Notes under the pieces: model-generated
The model's input: the letters and a program-made list of their open reading frames with translations, nothing else
The model's database searches: none
What the model was told of the DNA's origin: nothing
Shown here: positions 51,255 to 64,000 of the stretch, in pieces
Layout of the letters: every line of letters begins with the position of its first letter
How positions within the stretch are numbered: the first letter of the stretch is position 1
Made by a program: the position numbers and the translations under genes
Origin: Eledone cirrhosa
Lineage: Eukaryota
Assembly: GCA_964016885.1 (NCBI GenBank)
Contig: CAXHJY010001173.1
Span: forward strand, 1 to 64,000
DNA length: 64,000 bases
Direction of reading: 5' to 3'

Positions 51255-52812
51255 CTGTGTATAGTAACAGGTACACCTGTATATAGTAACATGTACACCT
51301 GTGTATAGTAGCAGGTACACCTGTATATAGTAACAGGTACACCTGTATATAGTAACAGGTACACCTGTGTATAGTAACAGGTACACCTGTGTATAGTAAC
51401 AGGTACACCTGTGTATAGTAACAGGTACACCTGTGTATAGTAACAGGTACACCTGTATATAGTAACATGTACACCTGTGTATAGTAACAGGTACACCTGT
51501 ATATAGTAACATGTACACCTGTGTATAGTAACAGGTACACCTGTATATAGTAACAGGTACACCTGTATATAGTAACAAGTACACCTGTGTATAGTAACAG
51601 GTACACCTGTGGATAGTAACAGGTACACCTGTATATAGTAACATGTACACCTGTATATAATAACAGGTACACCTGTGTATAGTAACAGGTACACCTGTAT
51701 ATAGTAACAGGTACACCTGTATATAGTAACAAGTACACCTGTGTATAGTAACAGGTACACCTGTATATAGTAACAGGTACACCTGTGTATAGTAACAGGT
51801 ACACCTGTGTATAGTAACATGTACACCTGTGTATAGTAACAGGTACACCTGTGTATAGTAACATGTACACCTGTGTATAGTAACAGGTACACCTGTGTAT
51901 AGTAACAGGTACACCTGTGGATAGTAACAGGTACACCTGTATATAGTAACATGTACACCTGTGTATAGTAACAGGTACACCTGTGTATAGTAACATGTAC
52001 ACCTGTGTATAGTAACAGGTACACCTGTGTATAGTACAGGTACACCTGTGTATAGTAACAGGTAAACCTGTGTATAGTAACAGGTACACCTGTATATAGT
52101 AACATGTACACCTGTATATAGTAACAGGTACACCTGTATATAGTAACATGTACACCTGTGTATAGCAACAGGTACACCTGTATATAGTAACAGGTACACC
52201 TGTGTATAGTAACAGGTACACCTGTGTATAGTAACAGGTACACCTGTGGATAGTAACAGGTACACCTGTATATAGTAACATGTACACCTGTATATAGTAA
52301 CAGGTACACCTGTGTATAGTAACAGGTACACCTGTATATAGTAACAGGTACACCTGTGTATAGTAACAGGTACACCTGTGTATAGTAACAGGTACACCTG
52401 TATATAGTAACATGTACACCTGTGTATAGTAACAGGTACACCTGTGTATAGCAACAGGTACACCTGTGGATAGTAACAGGTACACCTGTATATAGTAACA
52501 TGTACACCTGTATATAGTAACAGGTACACCTGTGTATAGTAACAGGTACACCTGTATATAGTAACAGGTACACCTGTGTATAGTAACAAGTACACCTGTG
52601 TATATTAACAGGTACACCTGTGTATAGTAACATGTACACCTGTGTATAGTAACAGGTACACCTGTGTATAATAACAGGTACACCTGTGTATAGTAACAGG
52701 TACACCTGTGTATAGTAACAGGTACACCTGTGTATATTAACAGGTACACCTGTGTATAGTAACATGTACACCTGTGTATAGTAACAGGTACACCTGTGTA
52801 TAGGAACAGGTG
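51255..52812. repeat. 22-bp minisatellite, ~70 copies, palindromic core
   Basis: Unit CTGTGTATAGTAACAGGTACAC; ACAGGT-AC-ACCTGT spans the unit junction. Confidence 0.95.
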
Positions 52813-52989
52813 ATTGAATGTGTTGGTCCCAGAATGGGTATCCTGCTGTGAAACGTCTGAAAAAGCTCCAGCCCCCAATGTGCCATAAAGCCAGCTATAT
52901 GGCTAACAAAGTTTACCTTTACTTTAACTTCAAAATGTTTATTGTTGTTGATCAATAGTGTATATATCAATCCCCCCCCCCCCAAAAAA

Positions 52990-53808
52990 AAATTTCTGGT
53001 GTATATACCATTCCACCCCTCACCCAAATTCTGGTGTATATATCATTCCACTCCCCCCAAAAAAATTCTGGTGTATATACCATTCCACCCCTCACCCAAA
53101 TTCTGGTGTATATATCATTCCACCCCCCAAATTCTGGTGTATATACCATTCTACCCCTCACCCAAATTCTGGTGTATATATCATTCCACCCCCCAAAAAA
53201 AAATTCTGGTGTATATACCATTCCACCCCTCACCCAAATTCTGGTGTATATATCATTCCACTCCCCCCAAAAAATTCTGGTGTATATACCATTCCACCCC
53301 TCACCCAAATTCTGGTGTATATATCATTCCACTCCCCCCCAAAAATTCTGGTGTATATACCATTCCACCCCTCACCCAAATTCTGGTGTATATATCATTC
53401 CACTCCCCCCAAAAAATTCTGGTGTATATACCATTCCACCCCTCACCCAAATTCTGGTGTATATATCATTCCACTCCCCCCAAAAAATTCTGGTGTATAT
53501 ACCATTCCACCCCTCACCCAAATTCTGGTGTATATACCATTCCCCCCCCCCCCCAAATTCTGGTGTATATACCATTCCACCCCTCACCCAAATTCTGGTG
53601 TATATATCATTCCACCCCCCCCCCAAAAAAATTCTGGTGTATATACCATTCCACCCCTCACCCAAATTCTGGTGTATATATCATTCCACCCCCCCAAAAA
53701 AAATTCTGGTGTATATACCATTCCACCCCTCACCCAAATTCTGGTGTATATATCATTCCACCCCCCCAAAAAATTCTGGTGTATATACCATTCCACTCCC
53801 CCAAAATT
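52990..53808. repeat. Dimeric (~70-bp) higher-order minisatellite
   Basis: Alternating AAATTCTGGTGTATATACCATTCCACCCCTCACCC and AAATTCTGGTGTATATATCATTCCA(C/T)nAn subunits. Confidence 0.9.
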
Positions 53809-54013
53809 CTTCAAAATCTTTTTGTTTTCATTTTATGTTATTATTTATTAAAAAAATGTTTTGAATCTATTTCAGGAATCTGTCAAGAACCTCTTTGGAA
53901 ATAGCATGGCCACTGTAGAAATATGGCGGAATACTGTTACAAAGTGAAATACTTCTTTAAAAGATTTGCTGGACTGTGGGGTGGGGGTGAGGGGAGCTTT
54001 ATAAGGTGCCACT

Positions 54014-55355
54014 GGTGTTGTTGTTGTTGTTGTTGGTGGTGGTGGTGTTGTTGGTGTTGTTAGAGTTGTGGTGGTAGTGGTGGTGGTGGTGGTGTTACAG
54101 TTGTTAGTGGCGGTGGTAGTGGTGGTGCTGCTGCTGTTACGGTGGTGGTAGTGGTGGTGGTGTGTTACAGTTGTTAGTGGCGGTGGTAGTGGTGGTGGTG
54201 GTGGTGTTGGTGTTGTTACAGTTGTGGTGGTGGTGGTGTTGTTACAGTTGTTAGCGGTGGTGGTGGTGGTGTTGGTGTTGTTACAGTTGTGGTGGTGGTG
54301 GTGGTGGTGTTGTTACAGTTGTGGTGGTGGTGGTGGTGGTGTTGTTACAGTTGTGGTGGTGGTGGTGGTGTTGTTACAGTGGTGTTGTTACCGTTGTGGT
54401 GGTAGTGGTGGTAGTGGTGGTAGTGGTGGTGTTACAGTTGTGGTGGTGGTGCTCTTACAGTTGTGGTGGTGGTGCTGTTACAGTTGATAGTGGCAGTGGT
54501 GGTGTTGTTACAGTGGTGCTGTTACCGTTGTGGTGGTAGTGGTGGTAGTGGTGGCGGTACAGTTGTGGTGGTGGTGCTCTTACAGTTGTGGTGGTGGTGC
54601 TGTTACAGTTGTTAGTGGCAGTGGTGGTGTTGTTAGAGTGGTGGTGTTGTTACAGTGGTGCTGTTACCGTTGTGGTGGTAGTGGTGGTAGTGTTGGTAGC
54701 GGTGGTGGTGCTCTTACAGTGGTGGTGGTGGTGTTGTTACAGTGGTGCTGTTACCGTTGTGGTGGTAGTGGTGGTAGTGGTGGTAGCGGTGGTGGTGCTC
54801 TTACAGTTGTGGTGGTGGTGCTGTTACAGTTGATAGTGGCAGTGGTGGTGTTGTTACAGTGGTGATGTTACAGTTGTGGTGGTAGTGGTGGTAGTGGTGG
54901 TGTTACAGTTGTGGTGGTGGTGCTCTTACAGTTGTGGTGGTGGTGCTGTTACAGTTGATAGTGGCAGTGGTGGTGTTGTTACAGTGGTGCTGTTACAGTT
55001 GTGGTGGTAGTGGTGGTAGTGGTGGTGTTACAGTTGTGGTGGTGGTGCTCTTACAGTTGTGGTGGTGGTGCTGTTACAGTTGATAGTGGCAGTGGTGGTG
55101 TTGTTACAGTGGTGCTGTTACAGTTGTGGTGGTAATGGTGGTAGTGGTGGTGTTACAGTTGTGGTGGTGGTGCTCTTACAGTTGTGGTGGTGGTGCTGTT
55201 ACAGTTGATAGTGGCAGTGGTGGTGTTGTTACAGTGGTGCTGTTACAGTTGTGGTGGTAATGGTGGTAGTGGTGGCGATGGTGGTGCTCTTACAGTTGTG
55301 GTGGTGGTGGTGGTGGTGGTGGTGCTGTTGTTGTTGTTGATGATGGCGGTGGTGG
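54014..55355. repeat. (GGT)n tract interspersed with GTTACAG
   Basis: Direct inspection. Confidence 0.9.
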
Positions 55356-55499
55356 CACTACCGGCCATTGCTACTCATGTATGAATTACTACAGTCAACA
55401 TAAGCGGCCCTTTGAAAGATCTCTTTCAACATATCATATTGTCAACACTGGTGACTATGTGGTCTCACTTACTACTACAACCATCACCAGTGACATCGC

Positions 55500-55637
55500 A
55501 ACTCATTTCAACAGCTGAGTGAACTGGAGAAATGGGTAGTAAAGGGCTTTTACTCAAGGATACAATGCATCATCCAGTCTAAGAATCAAACTCACAACCT
55601 CATCATTACAAGCCCAATGTTCTCACCTCTAAGCCAT
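55500..55637 (-). mobile_element. Second tRNA-derived SINE family (CORE-like), diverged
   Basis: Minus strand TGGCTTAGAGG (A box), GAGTTTGATTC (B box), TCCTTGAGTAAAAG..CACTCAGCTG; a related fragment at 58388-58460 has CCTTGAGCAAGACACTT. Confidence 0.6.
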
Positions 55638-55647
55638 GAACCTTGAT

Positions 55648-55902
55648 TATCATCATCATCATCAACGTTTAACGTCCGTGTTCCACGCTTGCATGAGTTT
55701 GGACGGGGGTAGTCCCACTTGAGGCAAGAGTGATTTTCTTGCTCGCATAGGACTGTCTGGCAGGTTTTCTACAGTTGGATGCCCTTCCTAACACCAACCA
55801 CATTTACAGTGTGGGTCAGGGTGGTTTTTACCGTGTTGCCTACACGGCCACATTACAGCATGGACTGTGTGTTTTTTTTGTCGTGACACCTACACGATCT
55901 CA
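55648..55902 (-). mobile_element. RTE-3'UTR-type element (same family as 19731-20188)
   Basis: Reverse complement of 19825-20188 without the internal duplication. Confidence 0.8.
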
Positions 55903-55924
55903 TTATATATATATATATATATAT

Positions 55925-56492
55925 GATATATTAACAAATGGAAACTATATTTATAAAACCATATTTATTTCATTATACATATTTCAAGGACACCAAGTTA
56001 AATTATGGTGCGCTTTCATCAGATAAAATATAATATAGATCAGTTTTATAAATAAATATTGACATACCCTTAAAGAATGCGACCATTTCTGTTGGAAGCT
56101 CGTGGATAGTGGGGTTACTAAATTTATTTAGTCTATTATGCAAATTAGTGTCGGATAGGTTTAAATCCCAGTAGATTTTTTCTTATTTCTTTTTTCTTTT
56201 TTCTTTTTTCTTTTTTCCATACCCCAACGGCCTATTTTATATCTACTGTGATTTAAACATATCCGACACTAATTTGCATAATAGACTAAATACATTTAAT
56301 AACCCCACTATCCGCGAGCTTCCAACAGAAATGGTCGCATTCTTTAAGGGTATGTCAATATATATTTATAAAACTGATCTATATTATATTTTATCTGATG
56401 AAAGCGCACCATAATTTAACTTGGTGTCCTTGAAATATGTATAATGAAATAAATATGGTTTTATAAATATAGTTTCCATTTGTTAATATATC
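55925..56492. repeat. ~230-bp-arm inverted repeat containing a hammerhead core
   Basis: 55925-56155 vs 56260-56492; CUGAUGA-AAG.GCACCA..UGGUGU.CUU-GAAA at 56395-56435. Confidence 0.9.
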
Positions 56493-56586
56493 GTATTTTT
56501 ACTCCAATAATTTGTTGAGTGCTTTATATCAGTTATAAAAATATTTGCTTGTTGTATCCCAACACATTAAATATAACTTCTACATA

Positions 56587-56645
<59 letters not shown>

Positions 56646-56718
56646 CTCCAAGCGTGAAACTAATACACAAATACTACACGTTATTGCATCCTCTCGTTTG
56701 TTCGTTTCATGTTTCCTT

Positions 56719-56760
<42 letters not shown>

Positions 56761-56910
56761 TATTTCCTCTCCCAGTTAGCATAATCAACCACACAAAAAA
56801 ACCAATTAAACCAGGCTATAAGATTAAAAGACACCTATGAAGAAATAATAGATAAATAAACGACAGCCATCTATTCGCGATCATGTGTATATATATATAT
56901 ATATATATAT

Positions 56911-57018
56911 AAATCAGAAGACACTTGGAACAAATAAAAAAAAAATAGGAGACTCACTTTGTTTAGATGATGCTGATGATGATATATGTGTGTGTGTGTG
57001 GATGTAACACAAACACTT

Positions 57019-57098
<80 letters not shown>

Positions 57099-57728
57099 TT
57101 TCTTATATATTATTAAAAATATCTAGAGAAAAATATATATAAATATGTACTACCAAAATTATATCGAGGGTGCCATGTCCTGAAAATATCAGAATCAGGC
57201 GCCATACTACCTGTGGAATAAGCTCAAAGATTCCAAGAGGTAAATCAGAGCATTTATATTAAATCAAAAGTACGATGATATATATCATCATCATCATTTC
57301 ATTTTACGTCCACTTTTGCCTGCTTGCAAGGGTGGGACACGAACTGATTCTGGCTTGATTTCTACAGCTGGATGCCCTTCCTAACACCAACCTCATTTAC
57401 AGAGAGTGCTGGGTGCTTTACAGTGGAATGATAGGGACCCCAGTCACTATCATCTCATTTCTACAGCTGAGTAAACTGGAGCAATGTTAAATAAAGTGTC
57501 TTGCTCAAGGAAACAACACATCACCCGGTATATATATATATATATATATATATCAAACAATTAGTTAAATAGTTTAACTCTTCTCCTTTGCCAATGATCC
57601 AAGATTTGACATCTGTGATTCACCGATTAATGGTGAAATATATTTCTTCAATGGAATATATACAAAGGAGATTAATCTTTATTGCAAGGTATCTATACCT
57701 AAAGTTCTTGTTTAATTTACACACACAC

Positions 57729-57784
<56 letters not shown>

Positions 57785-57856
57785 TCATTTCATCATTTCA
57801 TTTTATATATAAATATATATATAAATATATATATAAATATAAATATATATATATAA

Positions 57857-57891
<35 letters not shown>

Positions 57892-57896
57892 ACTAT

Positions 57897-57981
<85 letters not shown>

Positions 57982-58012
57982 AATATATATATAAATATAT
58001 ATATATATATAA

Positions 58013-58069
<57 letters not shown>

Positions 58070-58093
58070 AATATATATATTTATATATATATA

Positions 58094-58166
<73 letters not shown>

Positions 58167-58339
58167 GTGTGTGTGTAAACTAAACAAGAACTTTAGGTAT
58201 AGATACCTTGCAATAAAGATTAATCTCCTTTGTATATATTCCATTGAAGAAATATATTTCACCATTAATCGGTGAATCACAGATGTCAAATCTTGGATCA
58301 TTGGCAAAGGAGAAGAGTTAAACTATTTAACTAATTGTT

Positions 58340-58388
<49 letters not shown>

Positions 58389-58825
58389 AGGTGATGTGTT
58401 GTTTCCTTGAGCAAGACACTTTATTTAACATTGCTCCAGTTTACTCAGCTGTAGAAATGAGATGATAGTGACTGGGGTCCCTATCATTCCACTGTAAAGC
58501 ACCCAGCACTCTCTGTAAATGAGGTTGGTGTTAGGAAGGGCATCCAGCTGTAGAAATCAAGCCAGAATCAGTTCGTGTCCCACCCTTGCAAGCAGGCAAA
58601 AGTGGACGTAAAATGAAATGATGATGATGATGATATATATCATCGTACTTTTGATTTAATATAAATGCTCTGATTTACCTCTTGGAATCTTTGAGCTTAT
58701 TCCACAGGTAGTATGGCGCCTGATTCTGATATTTTCAGGACATGGCACCCTTGATATAATTTTGGTAGTACATATTTATATATATTTTTCTCTAGATATT
58801 TTTAATAATATATCAGAAAATACAT

Positions 58826-58871
<46 letters not shown>

Positions 58872-58981
58872 AAGTGTTTGTGTTACATCCACACACACAC
58901 ATATATCATCATCGGCATCATCTAAACAAAGTGAGTCTCCTATTTTTTTTTTTTTTATTTGTTCCAAGTGTCTTCTGATTT
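56911..58981. repeat. ~850-bp-arm inverted duplication around a ~400-bp TA-rich spacer
   Basis: 56911-~57750 is the reverse complement of ~58150-58981 with few substitutions and microsatellite length changes. Confidence 0.95.
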
Positions 58982-58987
58982 CACTAG

Positions 58988-59050
58988 AAACAAAAACAAA
59001 TCTGCTTAATTAAAGAAAGGTACTGTGATGTTGTTTCTCAATCCATTCAG
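58988..59050 (+). CDS. Candidate 63-nt host-gene exon (KQKQICLIKERYCDVVSQSIQ)
   Basis: T-rich acceptor ending TTTCACTAG, consensus donor CAG|GTAAGT, one open frame (phase 0/0); no homolog recognised. Confidence 0.3.
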
Positions 59051-59371
59051 GTAAGTCAGACAAGATTAACAGGTAAACCACACAACCTCCATACTGGCAT
59101 ACTGGCATACTATATTCACCACCAACACTAACAACAATGAGAACAGCAGCAATATCACACACAAAAACAACAACCACACCTTCCAGGCAGATGTGGAGGG
59201 GTGATGATGATTATGAGGAGGGGGAGGGGGGAGGGGGAGGGGGAATACTGGCTCTGGTCCTGCATTTTCAGAATAGAGCCAAATAATAACACCTGTTGCT
59301 TTGATAAGAGGACAGGTAACAAACAAAACCAAAAACACTAATAAACACACATACACACATATATGTGTGTT

Positions 59372-59422
<51 letters not shown>

Positions 59423-59436
59423 ACACATATATGTGT

Positions 59437-59496
<60 letters not shown>

Positions 59497-59515
59497 ATGC
59501 GTGTGCATATATGTG

Positions 59516-59558
<43 letters not shown>

Positions 59559-59629
59559 ATGTATATATTTACATATATATATATATATGTATATGTGTGT
59601 ATATATATATATGAATGTGTGTGTGTATT

Positions 59630-59662
<33 letters not shown>

Positions 59663-59671
59663 ATATGTGTG

Positions 59672-59726
<55 letters not shown>

Positions 59727-59841
59727 ATACATATATGTGTATGTGTGTATATATAAATATATATATGTATATGTATATATTTACATATATATATATATAT
59801 ATGTATATGTGTGTATATATATATGAATGTGTGTGTGTATT

Positions 59842-59872
<31 letters not shown>

Positions 59873-59891
59873 ATATGTGTGCGTGTGTGTG

Positions 59892-59977
<86 letters not shown>

Positions 59978-60317
59978 ACAATGTATGTATGTATATGTAT
60001 GTTTATAAATAAGCTGGATTAAGTTTATTGTTATAATTATTACACCTTGATAAGCTGACAGGTAAGAAAACATTGTTGTGAAGAGATAGAAGCTTTTGTT
60101 ATTTCCATAGCAACGGGTGGGGCAGGTGTGGTGCTTGGGTGAGTGGTGTGGCTGTCTCCTTACTCTAGCCTCAGGGTGCAGGCCAGTCACAGCCTGGGTA
60201 GGTGTAACTGTGCAATGTTTCTTGTTGTTGTAGTAAGTGTGAAATATGTTTGGAGTGGGGGAACACAGATTATCCAGCGAGGGTTGGGATTCATCTTTTG
60301 TTATAAAATACTAATAA

Positions 60318-60463
60318 CTAGCAGAATGGCCCGGCGTTGCTCAGGATTTGTTCTTGGGTTCTTATATATTTGATATATATTTATCCTTATCGAGCCTCGT
60401 GAAATAAATCCGTTTGTTTATATTTTGTTATTGTGTATGCAAAAATATCTGTACACGAATATA

Positions 60464-60552
<89 letters not shown>

Positions 60553-61016
60553 CATATATCAAAATAACAGATTAAAGTTTAAGCAAAGAATCACTGCTTT
60601 CACCCTTAACGGGATCTTCTGAAACTAAAAAAATCAATCTGTGAACGCAGAAGTAAATATTTCGAAAAACGTTACACACTATATATATATACACACACTA
60701 TATATACATATATACACAGATAGTGAAGTCATAATGTTGTAATGCAGACAGCCAGACATACAGACAGATATTATAAGGGCGCAACGTTATATCTATGTAT
60801 CTATCTAAAAAGAAAGACTAAGAATTATAGAGAGAGATCGCTAAATCGCCTAATGCGGTCCCTAGGGCATTGAAAATTTGAAATATTTTTGCTCAAAACA
60901 CTCACAGGACCATAAGTATTACATGTGTAAAGTTTGAAAACAATCGCTTGGGTGGTTCTCGAGTTTGAAGGAGTCAGACGGACAGAGACAGACATTATCT
61001 GTTTTAGATATATAGA
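60318..61016 (-). mobile_element. Non-autonomous Helitron, copy 1
   Basis: Minus strand starts TCTATATATC, has (CTGT)-type repeats near the 5' end, and ends with a GC-rich hairpin-like segment (GAGCAACGCCGGGC) then CTAG|T. Confidence 0.75.
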
Positions 61017-61779
61017 CTAGCAGAATGGCCCGGCGTTGCTCGGAATTCTAAACATAGATTGGCATGTTTATCCCTCCTTTCTGAAACAGTTTCGTCGTAT
61101 GTTCACCAATTGATGCAGAAGTCCTAATAAAAAGTGAAGTTACCTTGGTTGAATAGGCAAATTATATATATATAATTATATATATATATATATAAAAATA
61201 ACAGATTAAAGTTCAAGCAAAGAATCGCTGTTTTCACCCTTAACAGGATCTTCTGAAACTAAAAAAATCAAACTGTGAACACAGAAGTAAATATTTCGAA
61301 AAACGTTACATACTATATATACATATATATATACACACACACACACACACAGATAGTGTAGTCAATGTCATAATGCAGACAGCCAGACATACAGACAGAT
61401 ATTACAAGGGCGAAACAATAGAGAGAAGTACGGAATACCTCGGCCTCGGGATGGTGTCTACATTTTGTGCTTTCGTGAAATAAATGTTTGTTTATATTTT
61501 GTTTTTGTGTATGCAAAAATATCTCTACACGAATATATAATTATATATATATATATATTAAAAAAACAGATTAGATTTTAAGCAAAGAATCGCTGCTTTC
61601 ACCCTTAACGGGATCTTCTGAAACAAAAAAAATCAATCTGTGAAAGCAGAAGTAAATATTTCGAAAACAAGAAGACGATACTTTGGTTCGTGAAGACATT
61701 CCCTGGCAATGAATGGAAAAGAGCGAACATAATACGTCAGCAATAAGAATATATATATATATACACACACTATATATAC

Positions 61780-61812
<33 letters not shown>

Positions 61813-62054
61813 GATAGTGAAGTAATAATGTCGTAATGCAGACAGCAGACATACAGATAGATATTATAAGTGTGCGACGTTCTGGCGCCTAATGAGGTTC
61901 CTATGGCATTGAAAATTTGAAATATATTTGGCTCAAAACACTCACACGACCATAAGTATTACATGTGTAAAGTTTCCAAAAAATTGGTTGGGTGGTTCTC
62001 GAGTTTTAGGGAATCAGACAGACAGACAGACATTCTCTGTTTTAGATATATAGA
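61017..62054 (-). mobile_element. Non-autonomous Helitron, copy 2
   Basis: Same termini (A|TC...CCGAGCAACGCCGGGCCATTCTGCTAG); internal ~300-bp module present twice. Confidence 0.75.
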
Positions 62055-62057
62055 TAA

Positions 62058-62687
62058 CTAGCAGTTGCACGGGATAAGGTATTTTGGAACGTGGGCCGCC
62101 AACAGACCTAATTGTGGAAAAACTGCACGCGAGGACAATATGTAAAGAAAATAAACTGAATACTCTGATAGCTGGATAATCTTTAAGATTTTCCTCGATG
62201 AAGCAGGAAAAATGCAGGTTTTCATCTAATGTGGGCCCCCTAGGGGATCAAGAAAATGATTTTTTTTTATGTGCATAATATGCCTTGAAATTTCGGGACA
62301 ATCAGCTAGACGTAACTCCTCCAAAGAGCCCTAAAAAGCTGAAAAAATGAAGTTTTTCACCTAATGCGGGCCCTAGGCCATAAAAAAGTTGGATTTTCTT
62401 TGCTCACGGTATGAAGAAGAGACTGACTAATACATAGTTACAATTTCAAGGTAATCGGTCTGACATAACGCCTCAAAAAACCCTAAAAAGCTGGAAAAAA
62501 ACGCAGTTTTACACCTAATGCGGGCCCCAGGGTATCAAAAAGTTGAATTTTTCTATGTGCATAACACTCCCTGAGACATAAGTAATACACATGTAAAGTT
62601 TGAAAAAATCGGTTGGGTACTTCTAGAGTTTTAGGGATTCAAACTGACAGACACACACACAGACATCCTCAGTTTTATATATATAGA
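62058..62687 (-). mobile_element. Non-autonomous Helitron, copy 3 (different interior)
   Basis: A|TCTATATAT...CTGCTAG|T termini, shared 5' ~110 bp, three internal CTAATGYGGGCCC repeats. Confidence 0.65.
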
Positions 62688-62924
62688 TGTTGATGATCGT
62701 GAGGATGATGACAATGGTGGTGATAACAATGATGATGATGATGATGATGACAATGATGGTAATGACAATGATGGTGATGATGGTGGTGGTGACAATGATG
62801 GCGATGACAATGACTATATAAGAACTACTGGAAAATATCAGCAATATCTTTAAGCTCATATCTCACTTGAGAGTTTGTTGTCTACCCCAAACATTCTACA
62901 ATATTGTCAGAATAATCTAGAAGT

Positions 62925-63774
62925 TCTTGCGTGACAACTTACTGCAGCCTACTGAAGAAACTTGTGGCTGGAGCAGAGCTCCGACCAGACATAGGGTGAA
63001 CTGGTGGTGGAACAGCACAGCAGATAGGGCCATTAAAGACAAAAGACTGGCATGGAAAGCTTGGAAAAAGGGTGGGTGTAAGAGAAGGATACACAGCCGC
63101 TAAGAGAGAAACTAGACGTCAGAGGGTGAGAGTAGGAGGTTTGCCAATGTTCTGTGACGGGAAGATCAGAGATGGGCGGTGTTCCGCATTGCAAGGCAGT
63201 GTGTCAATGTACATGAAGATGTTGTTGGAGGTAAGTGGGTCCGGAATGATGCCGGTGTACTTAGTGTCACGAATGATCAAAATAAGGAGGCCTGGAAATG
63301 TCATTATGAGAGACTGATGAATGTGGAGAATGAATAGGAGAGAGAGAAATTACCCTCAGTAGATCCGACAGAGGGACCAGCTATTGAGATTGACAAATAT
63401 AGGGTACAAGAGGCAATTAAGGAAATGAAAAATGGTAAGGCTGTTGGGCCGTCGGGGATAGTTGCTGAGATGCTGAAGGCATCAGGAGAAGTAGGAACTA
63501 AACTGGTTGCACGCATCGTCAATCAAGCTATATATGGTGGTGTCATACCCAAAGACTGGTGCAGCAGTATTCTCATAAATTGCTACAAAGGTAAAGGAGA
63601 TGCTCTGGTGAGGAGCAATTATAGGGGCATATAACAGATGGATCAGGTTATGAAAGCGACAGAAAGAATACTAGCGCAACTAATTAGAGAAAGGGTTAAA
63701 TTAGATGAGTGGCAGTTTCGTTTTGTGCCTGGGAAAAGTACAACAGATGCCCTCTTCTTAGTCAGACAACTACA
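62925..63774 (+). mobile_element. Decayed RTE fragment
   Basis: [56 protein letters not shown]. Confidence 0.9.
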
Positions 63775-64000
63775 TTGGGCATATGTTTTTCCATTAAATT
63801 TGAACATATGTTCCTTAAGGGTTAGTTTTATGCTGGCCCCTACCGCATGTGCAATCATTTTCTTCAGTTCATCGTGATAGATGGAACGGGTGAACCAGAG
63901 CCATACGGACACCCGAAAACCACGATGAACTGAAGAAAATGATTGCACATGTGGTAGGGGCCAGCATAAAACTAACCCTTAAGGAACATATGTTCAAATT
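63775..64000. mobile_element. Penelope-like RT fragment in fold-back (inverted) arrangement, running off the window
   Basis: 63796-63876 is the near-perfect reverse complement of 63920-64000; translates KLTLKEHMFKFNGKTYAQ, resembling the FxFNGxxYxQ motif of Penelope RTs. Confidence 0.6.

Noticed and set aside
51205-53904. ORFs over the 22-bp and 70-bp satellites
   Set aside because: Open in three frames because the units lack stops on one strand
60016-60066. Donor-like CAG|GTAAGA exon
   Set aside because: All three upstream frames contain stops and there is no good acceptor

Overview
Repeat-saturated, AT-rich animal (metazoan) genomic DNA; the SINE/RTE content and very long microsatellites suggest a coleoid cephalopod such as Octopus (inference). 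The only convincing long CDS is an intact RTE-clade LINE ORF (14378-17497, minus; APE endonuclease, RT, and a C4HC3 PHD-like finger). The rest comprises decayed RTE, R4/Dong-like, Tx1/L1-like and Penelope-like fragments, many tRNA-derived SINEs, three adjacent non-autonomous Helitrons (two fused CTAG-TC head-to-tail), a piggyBac-like MITE, minisatellites (22, 43, 50, 59-60, 65, ~70 and 98 bp units) and long simple-repeat tracts, which generate most ORFs in the track as artefacts. Three less obvious signals stand out. (1) A dispersed set of type I hammerhead ribozyme motifs (two near-canonical, several decayed) lies in short elements next to (TA)n tracts, and four of them share a downstream motif. 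(2) There are at least seven local fold-back inverted duplications. (3) A tentative, phase-consistent chain of plus-strand exons of a decayed host gene is present, and two of these exons appear to have been expanded internally into minisatellites. No prokaryotic features (CRISPR, operons) are present. All calls were made by eye and boundaries are approximate.
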